This document shows positions 36,457 to 46,328 of a stretch of DNA of 64,000 nt, piece after piece. Under the pieces are notes generated by a model. The model was not told the origin of the DNA and ran no database searches. It was given only the letters and a program-made list of their open reading frames with translations. Made by a program: the position numbers and the translations under genes. This stretch comes from Bradymonadia bacterium (GTDB taxonomy: Bacteria > Myxococcota_A > Bradymonadia > UBA7976 > UBA1532). Location: positions 1 through 64,000 of the forward strand of contig JBKAGE010000051.1 in NCBI GenBank assembly GCA_046290225.1, read 5' to 3'. Position 1 is the first letter of the stretch. Each line of letters starts with the position of its first letter.

Positions 36457-37509
36457 TCAGAGGCTCCCGTGATGGCCCTGGAGGGCCGAGGTGAGGGCGT
36501 CGGTGATGCGGGGGGCGGCAGGTTGAGCACCGGGCTCGAAGGGTTGTCCCGTGAGGCCGAGGAAGGCCCCGATGTATCGCCGAGCCACGGCGCGGCGGAG
36601 GTTGGTGGGCAGTGCTGGGGAGGGCCCATCGCCTGTGTATCCTTGCGCTGCGAGCCACTGGCGCAGGTACTCTTTGTCGAAGTGTTCTGGCCCTCGCCCT
36701 TCGGACTGAGCGGCCTCGTAGTCCGCCGCGAGCCAGTAGCGGCTCGAGTCGGGCGTGTGGATCTCGTCGATCAGCACGAGTCGGCCGTCGACGAGCCCGA
36801 ACTCGTACTTCGTGTCCACGAGCAACAGCCCCGCTTCGAGGGCCACCTGTTGCCCACGGGTGAAGATCTCCAGCGCCACGCGTTGCACTTCGGCCCAGAG
36901 ATCAGCATCGAGCAGCCCTCGGCTCACCACCTCGTCGCAGGTGAGGCGTTCATCATGGGCGCCCTCCACCCCCTTGGTGGTGGGGGTGATGACCGGCGTC
37001 GGCAGGGCATCGTTCTTCTTCAAGCCCTGGGGCAGGTCGAGGCCATAAGGTCGATCGACGCCCTGATCGTAGAGGGTCCAGAGCGAGGTCGAGGTCACCC
37101 CGGTGATGAACCCGCGGACCACCACCTCCACCGGGAGGGGGGCAGCGTTCGTCGCCAGGGTGGTGTTGGGATCAGGCAGGCCCAACATGTGGTGATCGAC
37201 CACATCGGCGACGGCCCCGAACCACCACGCGCTCAGCTGATTGAGCACTTGCCCTTTGAGGGGGATGTGCCCGAGTACTCGATCAAAGGCGGAGATCCGG
37301 TCTGTGGTCACCAGCACTCGGCGACCAGCGAAGGGTCCCTCGGTGGGGGCCCAGGCGTCGCGGACCTTGCCGCGTTGTCGAGGGCCGAAGCCTGCTGGCA
37401 AATCGACCCCGGTGAGGGGGGCCTCGAGGGCGAGCTCGATGGCGGCCTCGATTTCAGGGCTCAGAGTGTCACCGGCTGCGAGGGCCTGCAGGTTGATGCC
37501 GTCAGCCAT
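36457..37509 (-). CDS. purC: SAICAR synthetase
   Basis: RGKVRD, TTDRISAFD, KGQVLN, VEVVVRG, TPTTK, VDTKYEFG, DEIHTPDSSRYW, DKEYLR. Confidence 0.95.
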   Translation of the reverse strand: MADGINLQALAAGDTLSPEIEAAIELALEAPLTGVDLPAGFGPRQRGKVRDAWAPTEGPFAGRRVLVTTDRISAFDRVLGHIPLKGQVLNQLSAWWFGAVADVVDHHMLGLPDPNTTLATNAAPLPVEVVVRGFITGVTSTSLWTLYDQGVDRPYGLDLPQGLKKNDALPTPVITPTTKGVEGAHDERLTCDEVVSRGLLDADLWAEVQRVALEIFTRGQQVALEAGLLLVDTKYEFGLVDGRLVLIDEIHTPDSSRYWLAADYEAAQSEGRGPEHFDKEYLRQWLAAQGYTGDGPSPALPTNLRRAVARRYIGAFLGLTGQPFEPGAQPAAPRITDALTSALQGHHGSL

Positions 37510-38929
37510 CGGAAGGCCCCTCGGCCGATGCAGAGGTCACGAGCAAAGCGGCGATGTGACGAGCGCGCTCTGGCGCGTCGCCGACATAGTCATCAGCGTT
37601 GAGGCAGCCTCGGGCTTCAGCCTCGCTCAAGAGCGAGGTCACTCGCGCGTCGGTGCACAGCGTATCGGCGAGGTTGTGGGTGCCAGTCTGTCGGACCTCA
37701 GCCCAGGCGGCGAGGGCGTGCTCCCGGATCACCTCGTGCAGCACCTGGCGATCGCCGCCGCGCTTCACCGCCTCCATGAGCAGGCGCTCCGTGGCGGCGA
37801 AGACCCCGTAGTGATCCATGAGACGGGCCGTGGCGCCGGCGTCGACCCGGAGGCCGTCGATGAGCCGGAAGGCCCGCTTGAGCAGCTCGTCGGTGATGAG
37901 GCAGGCCTCCGGCAACACCGTGCGGCGGTTGGCGCTGTCGTCGAGCGTACGCTCCAAGAGGCTGTGGGCGGCGTTGTCCCAGGTGACCCGGGGCAGAGCG
38001 GCGAGCAGGCGGGCCAGGGAGTCCATGTTCTCAGCGTTGATGGGGTTGCGCTTGAAAGGCATGGCGCTCGACCCGATCTGCCGCTTGCCGAAGGGCTCGG
38101 CCCACTCACCGATGGGCGGGCTCTGGAGCAGCCGCAGATCGAAGGCGAATTTGTAGAGGCTCTGGCCGAGGCTCGCCAGCGTGCTGATCACGCGGTGATC
38201 CTGCTTTCGGGCATACGTTTGGGTCGCCACAGGCATGGCCTCGATGCCCAACTGCCCCATGACGATGTCTTCGAGCTGCGCCGGGGTGATGGCCTTGCCC
38301 TCGAGCAGCTGATGATACGACGCCGCCGTGCCCACGGCCCCTTTGAACCCCTTGCCCCTGATCTGATCGCGCACCCGCTTCAAGTCGTCGTAGTCGACGA
38401 GCAGATCGTACCCGTACTGTGCGAGGCGATAGCCCAGTGTGGTGGGCTCTGCAGGCTGCAGGTGGGTGAAGGCCATGGTGGTGGTGTCGGCGTAGGTTTC
38501 AATCTGTGCCGCAAGCCGGATCATGAGGGTCTCGAGCTTGCCGAGCAGCAGGTCGAGGGCATCTCGTAAGCGCACCGCGTCAGCGTTGTCCTCTACATCC
38601 ATGCTGGTGGCCCCAAGATGGATGATGCCGCCGCCCACGGGGCACTGCTCGGCGTAGGTGTGCACCTCGGCCATCAGATCGTGTCGCAGCTCACGCTCGT
38701 GCTCTTCCGCCCGAGCGAGATCGATGTCGTTCACGTGGGCGGCGAGATCGGCCACCTGGGCTTCGGTGACGAGGCCCGCCTGCTGTTGCGCCTGAGCCAG
38801 AGCCACCCAGACACGACGCCAGAGACGGTGTTTGTGGGCCTGGCTCCACAGCGCACGCATCTCGTCGCTGCCATATCGCCAGGTGAATGGGGAGAGGTAC
38901 CGCTCGTGATCGAAGGACGGTCCGGTCAT
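37502..38929 (-). CDS. purB: Adenylosuccinate lyase
   Basis: Likely start 38929; YLSPFTWRY, HLGATS, FTHLQPA, GSSAMPFKRNP, ERTLDDSA. Confidence 0.95.
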   Translation of the reverse strand: MTGPSFDHERYLSPFTWRYGSDEMRALWSQAHKHRLWRRVWVALAQAQQQAGLVTEAQVADLAAHVNDIDLARAEEHERELRHDLMAEVHTYAEQCPVGGGIIHLGATSMDVEDNADAVRLRDALDLLLGKLETLMIRLAAQIETYADTTTMAFTHLQPAEPTTLGYRLAQYGYDLLVDYDDLKRVRDQIRGKGFKGAVGTAASYHQLLEGKAITPAQLEDIVMGQLGIEAMPVATQTYARKQDHRVISTLASLGQSLYKFAFDLRLLQSPPIGEWAEPFGKRQIGSSAMPFKRNPINAENMDSLARLLAALPRVTWDNAAHSLLERTLDDSANRRTVLPEACLITDELLKRAFRLIDGLRVDAGATARLMDHYGVFAATERLLMEAVKRGGDRQVLHEVIREHALAAWAEVRQTGTHNLADTLCTDARVTSLLSEAEARGCLNADDYVGDAPERARHIAALLVTSASAEGPSDG

Positions 38930-39155
38930 GGGGATGCTCGTCGAGATCGGGCCCCCAGACACTGGGCAGAGATCAGGACGCACGTCACCGCTGAGCAGAC
39001 GTCGCTGATTTCAGGCCTGGGGCGAGTGTGAGTAGGAAGCGGGTCGCGTTCCGGAAGGTCGGGGAGTGCCACTTGGCGGCTCCTCAGCGCGTGCGCTGGC
39101 CGGTCGCAAGGCGTGAGACCCTACGCCCTGAAAAGGCGAAACGCAAGGCACAGAA

Positions 39156-39173
39156 CTGTGACAAATGTCACAG
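39156..39173. promoter_or_regulatory. Palindromic operator/UAS (TGTGA-N6-TCACA)
   Basis: CTGTGACA-AA-TGTCACAG in the divergent purB / 39302 intergenic region, about 65 bp upstream of a sigma54 motif. Confidence 0.6.
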
Positions 39174-39238
39174 CGTGACCCATGAGACACGTGCCCGACA
39201 CAGGGGCTCGGAACCGCTGAAAATGGACCATGAGCGTG

Positions 39239-39254
39239 TGGCATCGAGGTTGCT
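39239..39254 (+). promoter_or_regulatory. Sigma54 (-24/-12) promoter
   Basis: TGGCATCGAGGTTGCT with exact GG-N10-GC spacing, 47 bp upstream of ORF 39302. Confidence 0.7.
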
Positions 39255-39301
39255 GAAAAAGGCGTTGAAGAAGGAGTGGAAACACAGGATAGGGACTCCA
39301 A

Positions 39302-39754
39302 ATGCCGACGTTCAGATATGCTTCCGTGCTGTATGTGCTCTGGGCCTTCAATACGGGCTGTATGAAGACCAGCCAGTACCGGCCTGCTCAGAAAGGCCGG
39401 GCCTACCTCTATGTAGAGCAGAGCCGGCTGGCGGTCTTCAAAGACAATGTCAGCTACGGCAGCGACAACCTCACACAGGCCTTCAGCTGTGACGGGGCCA
39501 CGGCGAGCCGCGGGTTCACCGCTCAGACCTCCATCAGCGATGGAGAGAAGACTCTGCAGACCGCCAGCATGATCAACGTGCTGGGCATTCTGTTGCCGCC
39601 CCTGCTCGCAGTGTCACCCTACTTCATCATCAAGGGCAGCAACGCGCTGGACGCCGGCCAGGCCGCCCTCGTGGACGCCGTCAACATGCACAACGACGCT
39701 GAGTCGTGTTTCAGCGCACATGATGCTGTCAGCCAGGTGGAGGGTCGGCGATGA
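39302..39754 (+). CDS. Hypothetical membrane lipoprotein
   Basis: Possible lipobox NTGC; hydrophobic hairpin; LVDAVNMHND. Confidence 0.6.
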   Translation: MPTFRYASVLYVLWAFNTGCMKTSQYRPAQKGRAYLYVEQSRLAVFKDNVSYGSDNLTQAFSCDGATASRGFTAQTSISDGEKTLQTASMINVLGILLPPLLAVSPYFIIKGSNALDAGQAALVDAVNMHNDAESCFSAHDAVSQVEGRR

Positions 39755-40281
39755 GACGCTTGGGCATGCGATTTGGGATCATGATGGTGTGTGCCGCGTT
39801 GACCATGGTGGGGTGTGGTGGGGCCCGATCGAGTTACACACCACAGCACAATGCCCCAGGAGAGCTGAGGTGGTCATACGCCGATCAGCGCCTCGAGGTG
39901 TTTCAGGGCGATCGTCGAGTGGGCCGCGTGGGCGACTGGTCCGATCTCGATGCCGCTGTGGGGTGTGTGCCCGAGGCGGGCGTCCTCGCAGCCTCTGCAG
40001 AGTCGAGCGGTTCATTTGGAGAGGTGATGGGCATGGCGAGCATCGCCACCCTGGTGGGGAGCAGCGCCTATGGGGTGTACGGCGTACTCGATGACGACAC
40101 CGACAACGATCTCAGCGCTCTGGCGGTCATGGGGGGTGGTCTGCTGATCGGCCTGGGCCTCGCCCTCGTGGCTGTGGATCAGCAATCGTCGAGCACGCGC
40201 GACGCGGTCGACGCCGTGAACATGTACACCGACCGCCACCGCAGCACTGCGGCGTGTCTACGACGAGGCCCTCTCGAATAG
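39751..40281 (+). CDS. Hypothetical membrane lipoprotein, distant paralog of 39302
   Basis: ATGA overlap; lipobox MVGC; two hydrophobic helices; AVDAVNMYTD. Confidence 0.65.
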   Translation: MRRLGMRFGIMMVCAALTMVGCGGARSSYTPQHNAPGELRWSYADQRLEVFQGDRRVGRVGDWSDLDAAVGCVPEAGVLAASAESSGSFGEVMGMASIATLVGSSAYGVYGVLDDDTDNDLSALAVMGGGLLIGLGLALVAVDQQSSSTRDAVDAVNMYTDRHRSTAACLRRGPLE

Positions 40282-40507
40282 GGCGGGTAGAACATATCAA
40301 TGTGCCGGGTGACGCATCCGGGTCATGACCCACCCCTCCTAATGCTTCTGCTTCTTCTGCCGTAACAGTAGGTGTCCGCAGCGATGAATTCGTCACTCGT
40401 CGCTCGACTGTTTCCACTGTGTCCATCTGTGCCGCCTGTGATCTTCGAGAGATCAGAGTGTCTTCCTGTGTGTGTCGGCGGCGATGTGTGTTGAAGAGAG
40501 GTGAGCC

Positions 40508-41410
40508 ATGAAAGCATCCAAGACTCTGATCTGTTCCGGCGCGTTGATGACCTCGCTGTGCCTTGCAGGCTGCGGTGAAGGCACCCCCGGCATCTGGGGT
40601 GGCCCGATGAGCCAGGATGCGCCCCCCATCCCTGCGGCACCCGGTGCCTACAGCTCTGGGCAGACCGATGGCAGCCCTTCCGGCGGGGCGGCACCACAAA
40701 ACGCCGGCGGGTTGATCTCTGGCGACTGGGTGCCGGTGACGCCTCAAGCACAAGGCAGTCCCTTCGTGCAGGGCAGTGATGATCGCATCGACCCCGCGGC
40801 GCTGACGCCCGTGGAGTATGCAGGATACGACTGGGAGGTCACCGAGCTCGGCGACAAGCCTGCGGCCCCTGGGGATGCGCCGAGCCTGGCCCATGGAGAT
40901 GTGTGCACCTTCGATCTCAACGCCCTCGCCCATGGATGCGAGACAGGGCGCGAGGTGGCCTGCGTCGTAGGCGACAAGTTCGACGCGATGTTCCCCGACG
41001 GCCTCAAGTTCGAGGGCGCTGACGGGAGTTTCGAGTTGACCAGCGCTGGGGCGATGATGGCTGCCTTGCCCCCTGAGGGCAGTTTTGGCCCTGCTGACGG
41101 TCACGTTTCGGATCCCGATGCCAAGTCGGCGAACCCCCTCGCCATGCAGCTGGCCATGGTCTACGTCAACTTGGAGATGAGCGCTCAGGGCATCGCCGGC
41201 CGTACGCCGCTGCAGTCCGTGAGGCGGACCCATGGTCCCTTCGAAGGGTGGACGTACAGCGCCATCGCCGAGACGGCCAGCCAGGCCATCACCGGCGACG
41301 ACGATGTGCTCGATGCGCTCGGCATCGACTTCGACAAGCTCGGTGAAGAGCTCGCCATCCTCAATGTCGCCGCTCAAGGGTGCGCGCCTTCCGACATGAT
41401 CGAGCGCTGA
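40508..41410 (+). CDS. Hypothetical lipoprotein
   Basis: GAGG RBS; lipobox LAGC; Pro/Gly linker. Confidence 0.7.
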   Translation: MKASKTLICSGALMTSLCLAGCGEGTPGIWGGPMSQDAPPIPAAPGAYSSGQTDGSPSGGAAPQNAGGLISGDWVPVTPQAQGSPFVQGSDDRIDPAALTPVEYAGYDWEVTELGDKPAAPGDAPSLAHGDVCTFDLNALAHGCETGREVACVVGDKFDAMFPDGLKFEGADGSFELTSAGAMMAALPPEGSFGPADGHVSDPDAKSANPLAMQLAMVYVNLEMSAQGIAGRTPLQSVRRTHGPFEGWTYSAIAETASQAITGDDDVLDALGIDFDKLGEELAILNVAAQGCAPSDMIER

Positions 41411-41845
41411 GGAGGGTTTTTCGCCGCAAAACACAAAAAATATTCACCCTCTTGTGCCCACCTGTTGTGCGACGCGCACATGGGCGGGTCTCACCCGAGC
41501 CCTCACAGCTCTGATCATCCTCCACTGATCCTCCTGCCTGCCCCCTGTGGTGCACCTCTGAGGTGCATCGCCAACCTGCCTCATCGCCCTCAGCCCTACC
41601 CCTCGATGATGTGTCCCGAATAGATGTCGAGATACATGTGGCCGTGCGTCGTTCGCTCAGGGCCGCACACCCTCACTCTCTGACCTGTAGGTAAAGAAAT
41701 ACCTTTTGCGAGACATGGGTTTACCGCAATAGGTTTCTCCCCGTTCTCGAGGCCTGAACCCGTCGTCCAACGGGTCGGCGCCCCGAGATGCCACTGCATA
41801 CACGTTGTTGTTCGACTTACGTCACAGAGAAGGGAGAGGTCTGTC

Positions 41846-43741
41846 ATGAGGTTTACTTCAAACGCACAGGTTCGTCTTGGGCTGCTCACCAGCGCGATGT
41901 TGGGTGTACCTGCCCTGGCCAGCGCCGACATCCACGAGACCGCCATCATCGAGGAGGGGGCCGTCGTGGCTCCAGATGCCGACATCGGGGCCCACGCCTA
42001 TATCGCCGCAGGCGCTGTGATTCGTCCCGGTGCGTCAGTGGGTGTCCGCGCTCGGATCGAGTCAGGCGTCGTCATCGGCGAGCACAGCATGCTCGCCGAC
42101 AATGTGCATGTTCAGAGCAGTGCGATGGTGGGGTACGCCGCTCAAGTGGGCAGTGGCTCGGTCTTGGAAGAAGGCGTGATCTTCGATGATGGGGTGACCC
42201 TGGGCTCGGGCGTGCGTGTCGGTGCCTACAGCATGGTGAGTCATGGCGTTGTCATTGGCAGCAACACCGCCCTCGGCGATGGGGCCTGGTTGGGGGAAGG
42301 CGTCTACATCGGCCCCAACGTGAGAATGGGGGCGTGGGCGCTCCTCCAAAATGGCGCTTTCATCGAGACCTACAATCACGTGGGTGATCGGTTCACCCTC
42401 GGGCCTCAGGCACAGATGCGCTATGGGGCCACGGCAGGTCACAGCGTCACTGTGGGCGCCGAGAGCATCATCAAAGGGGCCCTCGCCGACTCTGTGTACG
42501 TGGGCCCATGGGCGAGGATCGGCAACCAGACCAAAGTGGGCCGAGGCGCGATCCTCGGCTCGGACGTGCGCACAGGCATCTTCGTCACCATCGAGCCTGG
42601 CGCCGCGCTCGGGTCGAGGGTGACGCTCGCCGAGAGCGTCACCGTAGGGCCGAACAGCGAGATCGGTGACGATTGCACGCTCGGCAGCAGCGCTCAGATC
42701 GGCGCGGGCACCCGCCTGGGCGAACTCTGTGAGATCGGCAACTCGGTGCGGATCGCACCAGGCAGCCAGGTGGGCGCAGAGTGTACCTTCAAGTCTCGGA
42801 GTCGCATCGATGATGGTGCCCTCATCGGGGACAGGGTGATGATCCGGGAGCGCACACGTCTGGGTGCCGGGGTGATCATCGGCAACGACGTCGACGTCTA
42901 CCCCGACTCCACCATCGGTGATGCCGCGACCCTCGCCAGCGGGATCATCCTCGGTGCAGCCAATTGTCGGACCCACACCTGTGGCCAGGTGAGGGTGGGG
43001 GCGTGCAGCGAGATCGACGAGAGCATGCCGCGGCGGTCGGCCACTGCCGACGAGTGCACCGACGGCAGCAGCCCGGAGCGTCCTGGGCGCACCTGCAAGA
43101 TCCTGCTCGACGAGGGGGAAACCGAAGATGGCATGTACTGGCTGGATCCTGACGGTACAGGCCCCGTGGAGCCGTTCTCTGCCTGGTGCGACATGCACAC
43201 CCATGGCGGTGGCTGGACCCGAGTCACGCCGCGCATCGCTCGAGATGTCTTCTTGCAGGGCGCCATCCACAACAACACCTCCTGCAGCGTGGCGCAGTGG
43301 GCTGGGGATCACCTGCACTTTGGTGAGGTGGGCAACTGCGAAGACGGCACAGATGTCGTCTACAACTTCGTACTGCCTTTCACCTATCGACAGTTCTACC
43401 TGGACGGGTTCATGGTGGCCGATGGGGACAATGACGGCAGCTGGACGATGGGGTCGGTGAGTCACATCAACGACATCTCCTGGGGCCCTACCCCCAGCGG
43501 CCAGGGCTACGGTGACATCGCCTTCGGCACCATCGACCAGGACACACCCACCACCAGTTTCGGTGCCGCAGGCTTCCCCGGTGACGCGCTGTGCCCTGGA
43601 TGCACGGCGGCTTTTCCTGGCAATGCGCACATCTTTGAACTCGACGCCGAGAGCCAGAGCTTCGCCATCAAGGCCCATGCCCCGGCAGGATCCCACACCG
43701 ATCTCTTCGTCTGGACGAAGGGGTACATTCTGTTCAGATAG
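41846..43741 (+). CDS. Secreted long left-handed beta-helix + fibrinogen-like (CDMxxxGGGW) domain protein
   Basis: Signal ..ALASA; about 365 aa of hexapeptides; Cys cap CRTHTCGQVRVGAC; DGMYWLDPDG..WCDMHTHGGGWT. Confidence 0.8.
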   Translation: MRFTSNAQVRLGLLTSAMLGVPALASADIHETAIIEEGAVVAPDADIGAHAYIAAGAVIRPGASVGVRARIESGVVIGEHSMLADNVHVQSSAMVGYAAQVGSGSVLEEGVIFDDGVTLGSGVRVGAYSMVSHGVVIGSNTALGDGAWLGEGVYIGPNVRMGAWALLQNGAFIETYNHVGDRFTLGPQAQMRYGATAGHSVTVGAESIIKGALADSVYVGPWARIGNQTKVGRGAILGSDVRTGIFVTIEPGAALGSRVTLAESVTVGPNSEIGDDCTLGSSAQIGAGTRLGELCEIGNSVRIAPGSQVGAECTFKSRSRIDDGALIGDRVMIRERTRLGAGVIIGNDVDVYPDSTIGDAATLASGIILGAANCRTHTCGQVRVGACSEIDESMPRRSATADECTDGSSPERPGRTCKILLDEGETEDGMYWLDPDGTGPVEPFSAWCDMHTHGGGWTRVTPRIARDVFLQGAIHNNTSCSVAQWAGDHLHFGEVGNCEDGTDVVYNFVLPFTYRQFYLDGFMVADGDNDGSWTMGSVSHINDISWGPTPSGQGYGDIAFGTIDQDTPTTSFGAAGFPGDALCPGCTAAFPGNAHIFELDAESQSFAIKAHAPAGSHTDLFVWTKGYILFR

Positions 43742-43963
43742 CTCATCGCAGTGTGAACAAAGCGTGAACACACGCTGAGCACTGCGTCAGATATATCGGG
43801 GTCGAAGTCATTCTTACTTGCAATGAACGTAGGTCGTATGTAAGAAACTGCACCCTTTTTGCACACATTGCTCACACTTGGTGTGTCAATCTGGTCAATC
43901 TGGTGTGTTGCATGTGACTTCATCTGTGGGCAACCGGTCTGAGGGCCACACAGGAGTAGAACG

Positions 43964-45232
43964 ATGATCCCGACTTTCAAAACCTGGCTGGCCTCTGGCG
44001 TCTTCATGGGCACTGTCCTGGCGAGCTCTGCTGCCTTCGCTGTGTGCACCGGTGGTCCCGATGTCGACGGCGATGGTGTGTGTGACGGCGTCGACAACTG
44101 CTTGACCGTGGCCAACGCCGATCAGCTCGACGCCAACGGTGACGGCTACGGCGACGCTTGCATCAGCCCTTCGGCCACCATCGCATCCACCGCTGTCATC
44201 GCCCCTGGGGCCATCATCGGTCCCATGGTCAACATCGGCCCCCACGTGCGCATCGGCGCCGGCACCGAGATCGGCCCCCGGGTGTCCATCGGCATCCGCT
44301 CCGAGATCGGCGAGAACGTGGAGATCCTCGCTGATGCCTACCTCGGCGACGGGGTGCGCCTCGGCGACGATGTCTTCGTGGGCCTCAACACCAGCATCGA
44401 GTGTGGCAGCCTCATCGGCGCCCGCACCCGCATCGGCGACGACGTCGACATCGGCGGCAACGTCGTCTTCGGAGACGACTCCAAGGTGCTGCCCCGTGCG
44501 GTCGTGGGCAGCAACGGCCGATACGGCGCTGAGACCTGGGTCGAGTTCGACGCCATGCTCGCCCGCAACGCCTGGGCTGGCGATCGTGCCTACTTTGGCG
44601 CAGGCGCACGGCTGGGCGATTACAACCGGGTCGGTGACGACTTCTTCCTCGGCGATCGGGCTGAGCTGCGTTATGGCGCCTCCGCCGGCAACAACGTCAG
44701 CATCGGCGCCGACAGCCTCGTCAAGGGCACCATTGGCCATGACGTCACCATCGGCGAGTCCGCCAACATCGCCAGCCGCACCGTCATCGGTGACGGCAGC
44801 ACCCTGGGCCGCAACATCGACCTGGGCCATCGCGCCACGATCGGTGCCGGCAGCACTGTGGGCTCTGGCAGCACCTTCGGGGAGCGCAGCGCCCTCGGTG
44901 CCGACAGCGAGGTGGGTGTGCGGACCGAGGTGGGCTACCTCGCCACCATCGGTGAGAACGCCGACATCGGTAACGACAACACCTTCGCCAAGCAGGTCGA
45001 GGTCGGTGATGACGCCACGATCGGTGAGGCTGGCATGTTCCACCGGCGGGCCACCATCGGTGACGGTGTGCGCTTCGGCAACCGCGTCGAGGTGATGCGC
45101 GAGGCCTTCGTCGGCGACGAGGTACGCCTCACAAACGATGTGGAGATCGGGAGCCGAGCGGCTGTTGGTGGCTGCAACACGCTCAACATGAACGTGCCTG
45201 CACACGCCAACGTCAACAACATCTGCCCCTGA
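43964..45232 (+). CDS. Secreted TSP3 repeat + long left-handed beta-helix protein
   Basis: AGGAG RBS; signal ..AAFA; DVDGDGVCDGVDNC..NADQLDANGDGYGDAC; about 350 aa of hexapeptides. Confidence 0.8.
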   Translation: MIPTFKTWLASGVFMGTVLASSAAFAVCTGGPDVDGDGVCDGVDNCLTVANADQLDANGDGYGDACISPSATIASTAVIAPGAIIGPMVNIGPHVRIGAGTEIGPRVSIGIRSEIGENVEILADAYLGDGVRLGDDVFVGLNTSIECGSLIGARTRIGDDVDIGGNVVFGDDSKVLPRAVVGSNGRYGAETWVEFDAMLARNAWAGDRAYFGAGARLGDYNRVGDDFFLGDRAELRYGASAGNNVSIGADSLVKGTIGHDVTIGESANIASRTVIGDGSTLGRNIDLGHRATIGAGSTVGSGSTFGERSALGADSEVGVRTEVGYLATIGENADIGNDNTFAKQVEVGDDATIGEAGMFHRRATIGDGVRFGNRVEVMREAFVGDEVRLTNDVEIGSRAAVGGCNTLNMNVPAHANVNNICP

Positions 45233-45242
45233 TGCTCGAACA

Positions 45243-45306
45243 CACTGAGCCTCAGGTCCACTGAGCCACAGTGTCCCTGAGCTACAGTGTCCCTGAGCCA
45301 CAGTGC
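45243..45306. repeat. 16-bp tandem repeat CCCTGAGCCACAGTGT, about 4 degenerate copies
   Basis: CTGAG recurs at 45245, 45261, 45277 and 45293. Confidence 0.65.
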
Positions 45307-45375
45307 CCCCCTTGCCAACGGCCTGTCGATCAGACTCAATCATCGCATGTCCGCGATGATGAACAGGCCGATCAG

Positions 45376-46302
45376 ATGACCACCCTCCGACAGCCCCAGC
45401 TCATCGCCGAAGCGAGCGACATGGAGACATCCACCGCCCGCCTCGACGAGCTCGCCTCAGAGCAGTTTCTCGCCGTCAAACGCCGCGTGGCGAGTCACCC
45501 CAATGCCTCTGCGGAGGCGTTGGTGGCGGTGTTCAACGCCGCACCGGACGAGGTGCTACAAAACCCCGCCTGGATGCTGCACCTCATCGCTGATCCGAGC
45601 CTCTATGATCAGCTCAAAGCCGAAGATCTGGTGAAGATCGCCAACTGGCATCGTTGCCCGGCCACCTTCGTACGGTGGGCCTGTCGCAGAGGCGACGATG
45701 TCGTGCTCTGGCGCTTGGTGCTCAACCCGCACCTCGATGGCGAGCAGCGGGCCCGAGCTGCGTGTCATTTGTCTGATGAGCAAGGTGACACCCTCGGCGA
45801 GATCCATCTCTCTGGCTTGGTCCCTGTTGCTCTGAGCTGGCTCTGGCGTCTGGTGAAGGAGACCGAGCCCGCGCCGACCGCTGACGACCTCAAAGCGTTG
45901 ATCGCGTGGGGTCCGTTGGGCATTCGCCGCGTGCTCGCGTGGTCCGAGACGCCCTCGTCGGTGCTCGAGGTGCTCGCACATCACCCGTTGGAGTCGATCC
46001 GCCTGCAGGTGGTGGCGCATGCACAGGCAGACGAGCCGGTGCTCACCGCCCTCGCCTCGGACACTCTAGATTCTGTACGCAAAGCGGCAGGGAAGGCGTT
46101 GAAAGCGCTCAAGCCTGCGCGAAAGGGCCCGGTGAAGCCCAGGAAGCCTGCGCCGACGAAGAAGAAAACTGTGAGTCAGAGCGCGGAGAAGGGCCAGACC
46201 ACTACGCCGATGTCCGAGGCGCCACCAGAAGACGAGGCCCCCGCTCCACGGCGTCGATCCTTCGGTCTGCTCAGCCCTCGCCGGAGTCGGTCAGACGACT
46301 GA
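45376..46302 (+). CDS. HEAT/leucine-rich-repeat-variant helical repeat protein with basic disordered tail
   Basis: Likely start MTTLRQ; VKRRVASHPNAS, VLQNP, LVLNP, IRLQVVAH, VRKAA repeats. Confidence 0.6.
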   Translation: MTTLRQPQLIAEASDMETSTARLDELASEQFLAVKRRVASHPNASAEALVAVFNAAPDEVLQNPAWMLHLIADPSLYDQLKAEDLVKIANWHRCPATFVRWACRRGDDVVLWRLVLNPHLDGEQRARAACHLSDEQGDTLGEIHLSGLVPVALSWLWRLVKETEPAPTADDLKALIAWGPLGIRRVLAWSETPSSVLEVLAHHPLESIRLQVVAHAQADEPVLTALASDTLDSVRKAAGKALKALKPARKGPVKPRKPAPTKKKTVSQSAEKGQTTTPMSEAPPEDEAPAPRRRSFGLLSPRRSRSDD

Positions 46303-46328
46303 TCGCAGAGCACGATGAGCGCCTCGGC

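Noticed and set aside
41690..41800. Riboswitch in the leader of 41846 (hairpin ACCCGT-cgtcca-ACGGGT)
   Set aside because: A single hairpin with no recognisable riboswitch consensus and not shared with paralog leaders
27349..45232. LpxD/LpxA/GlmU-type acyltransferase call for the hexapeptide proteins
   Set aside because: They have signal peptides, extracellular Cys/TSP3/fibrinogen-like domains and much longer helices, with no recognisable catalytic domain
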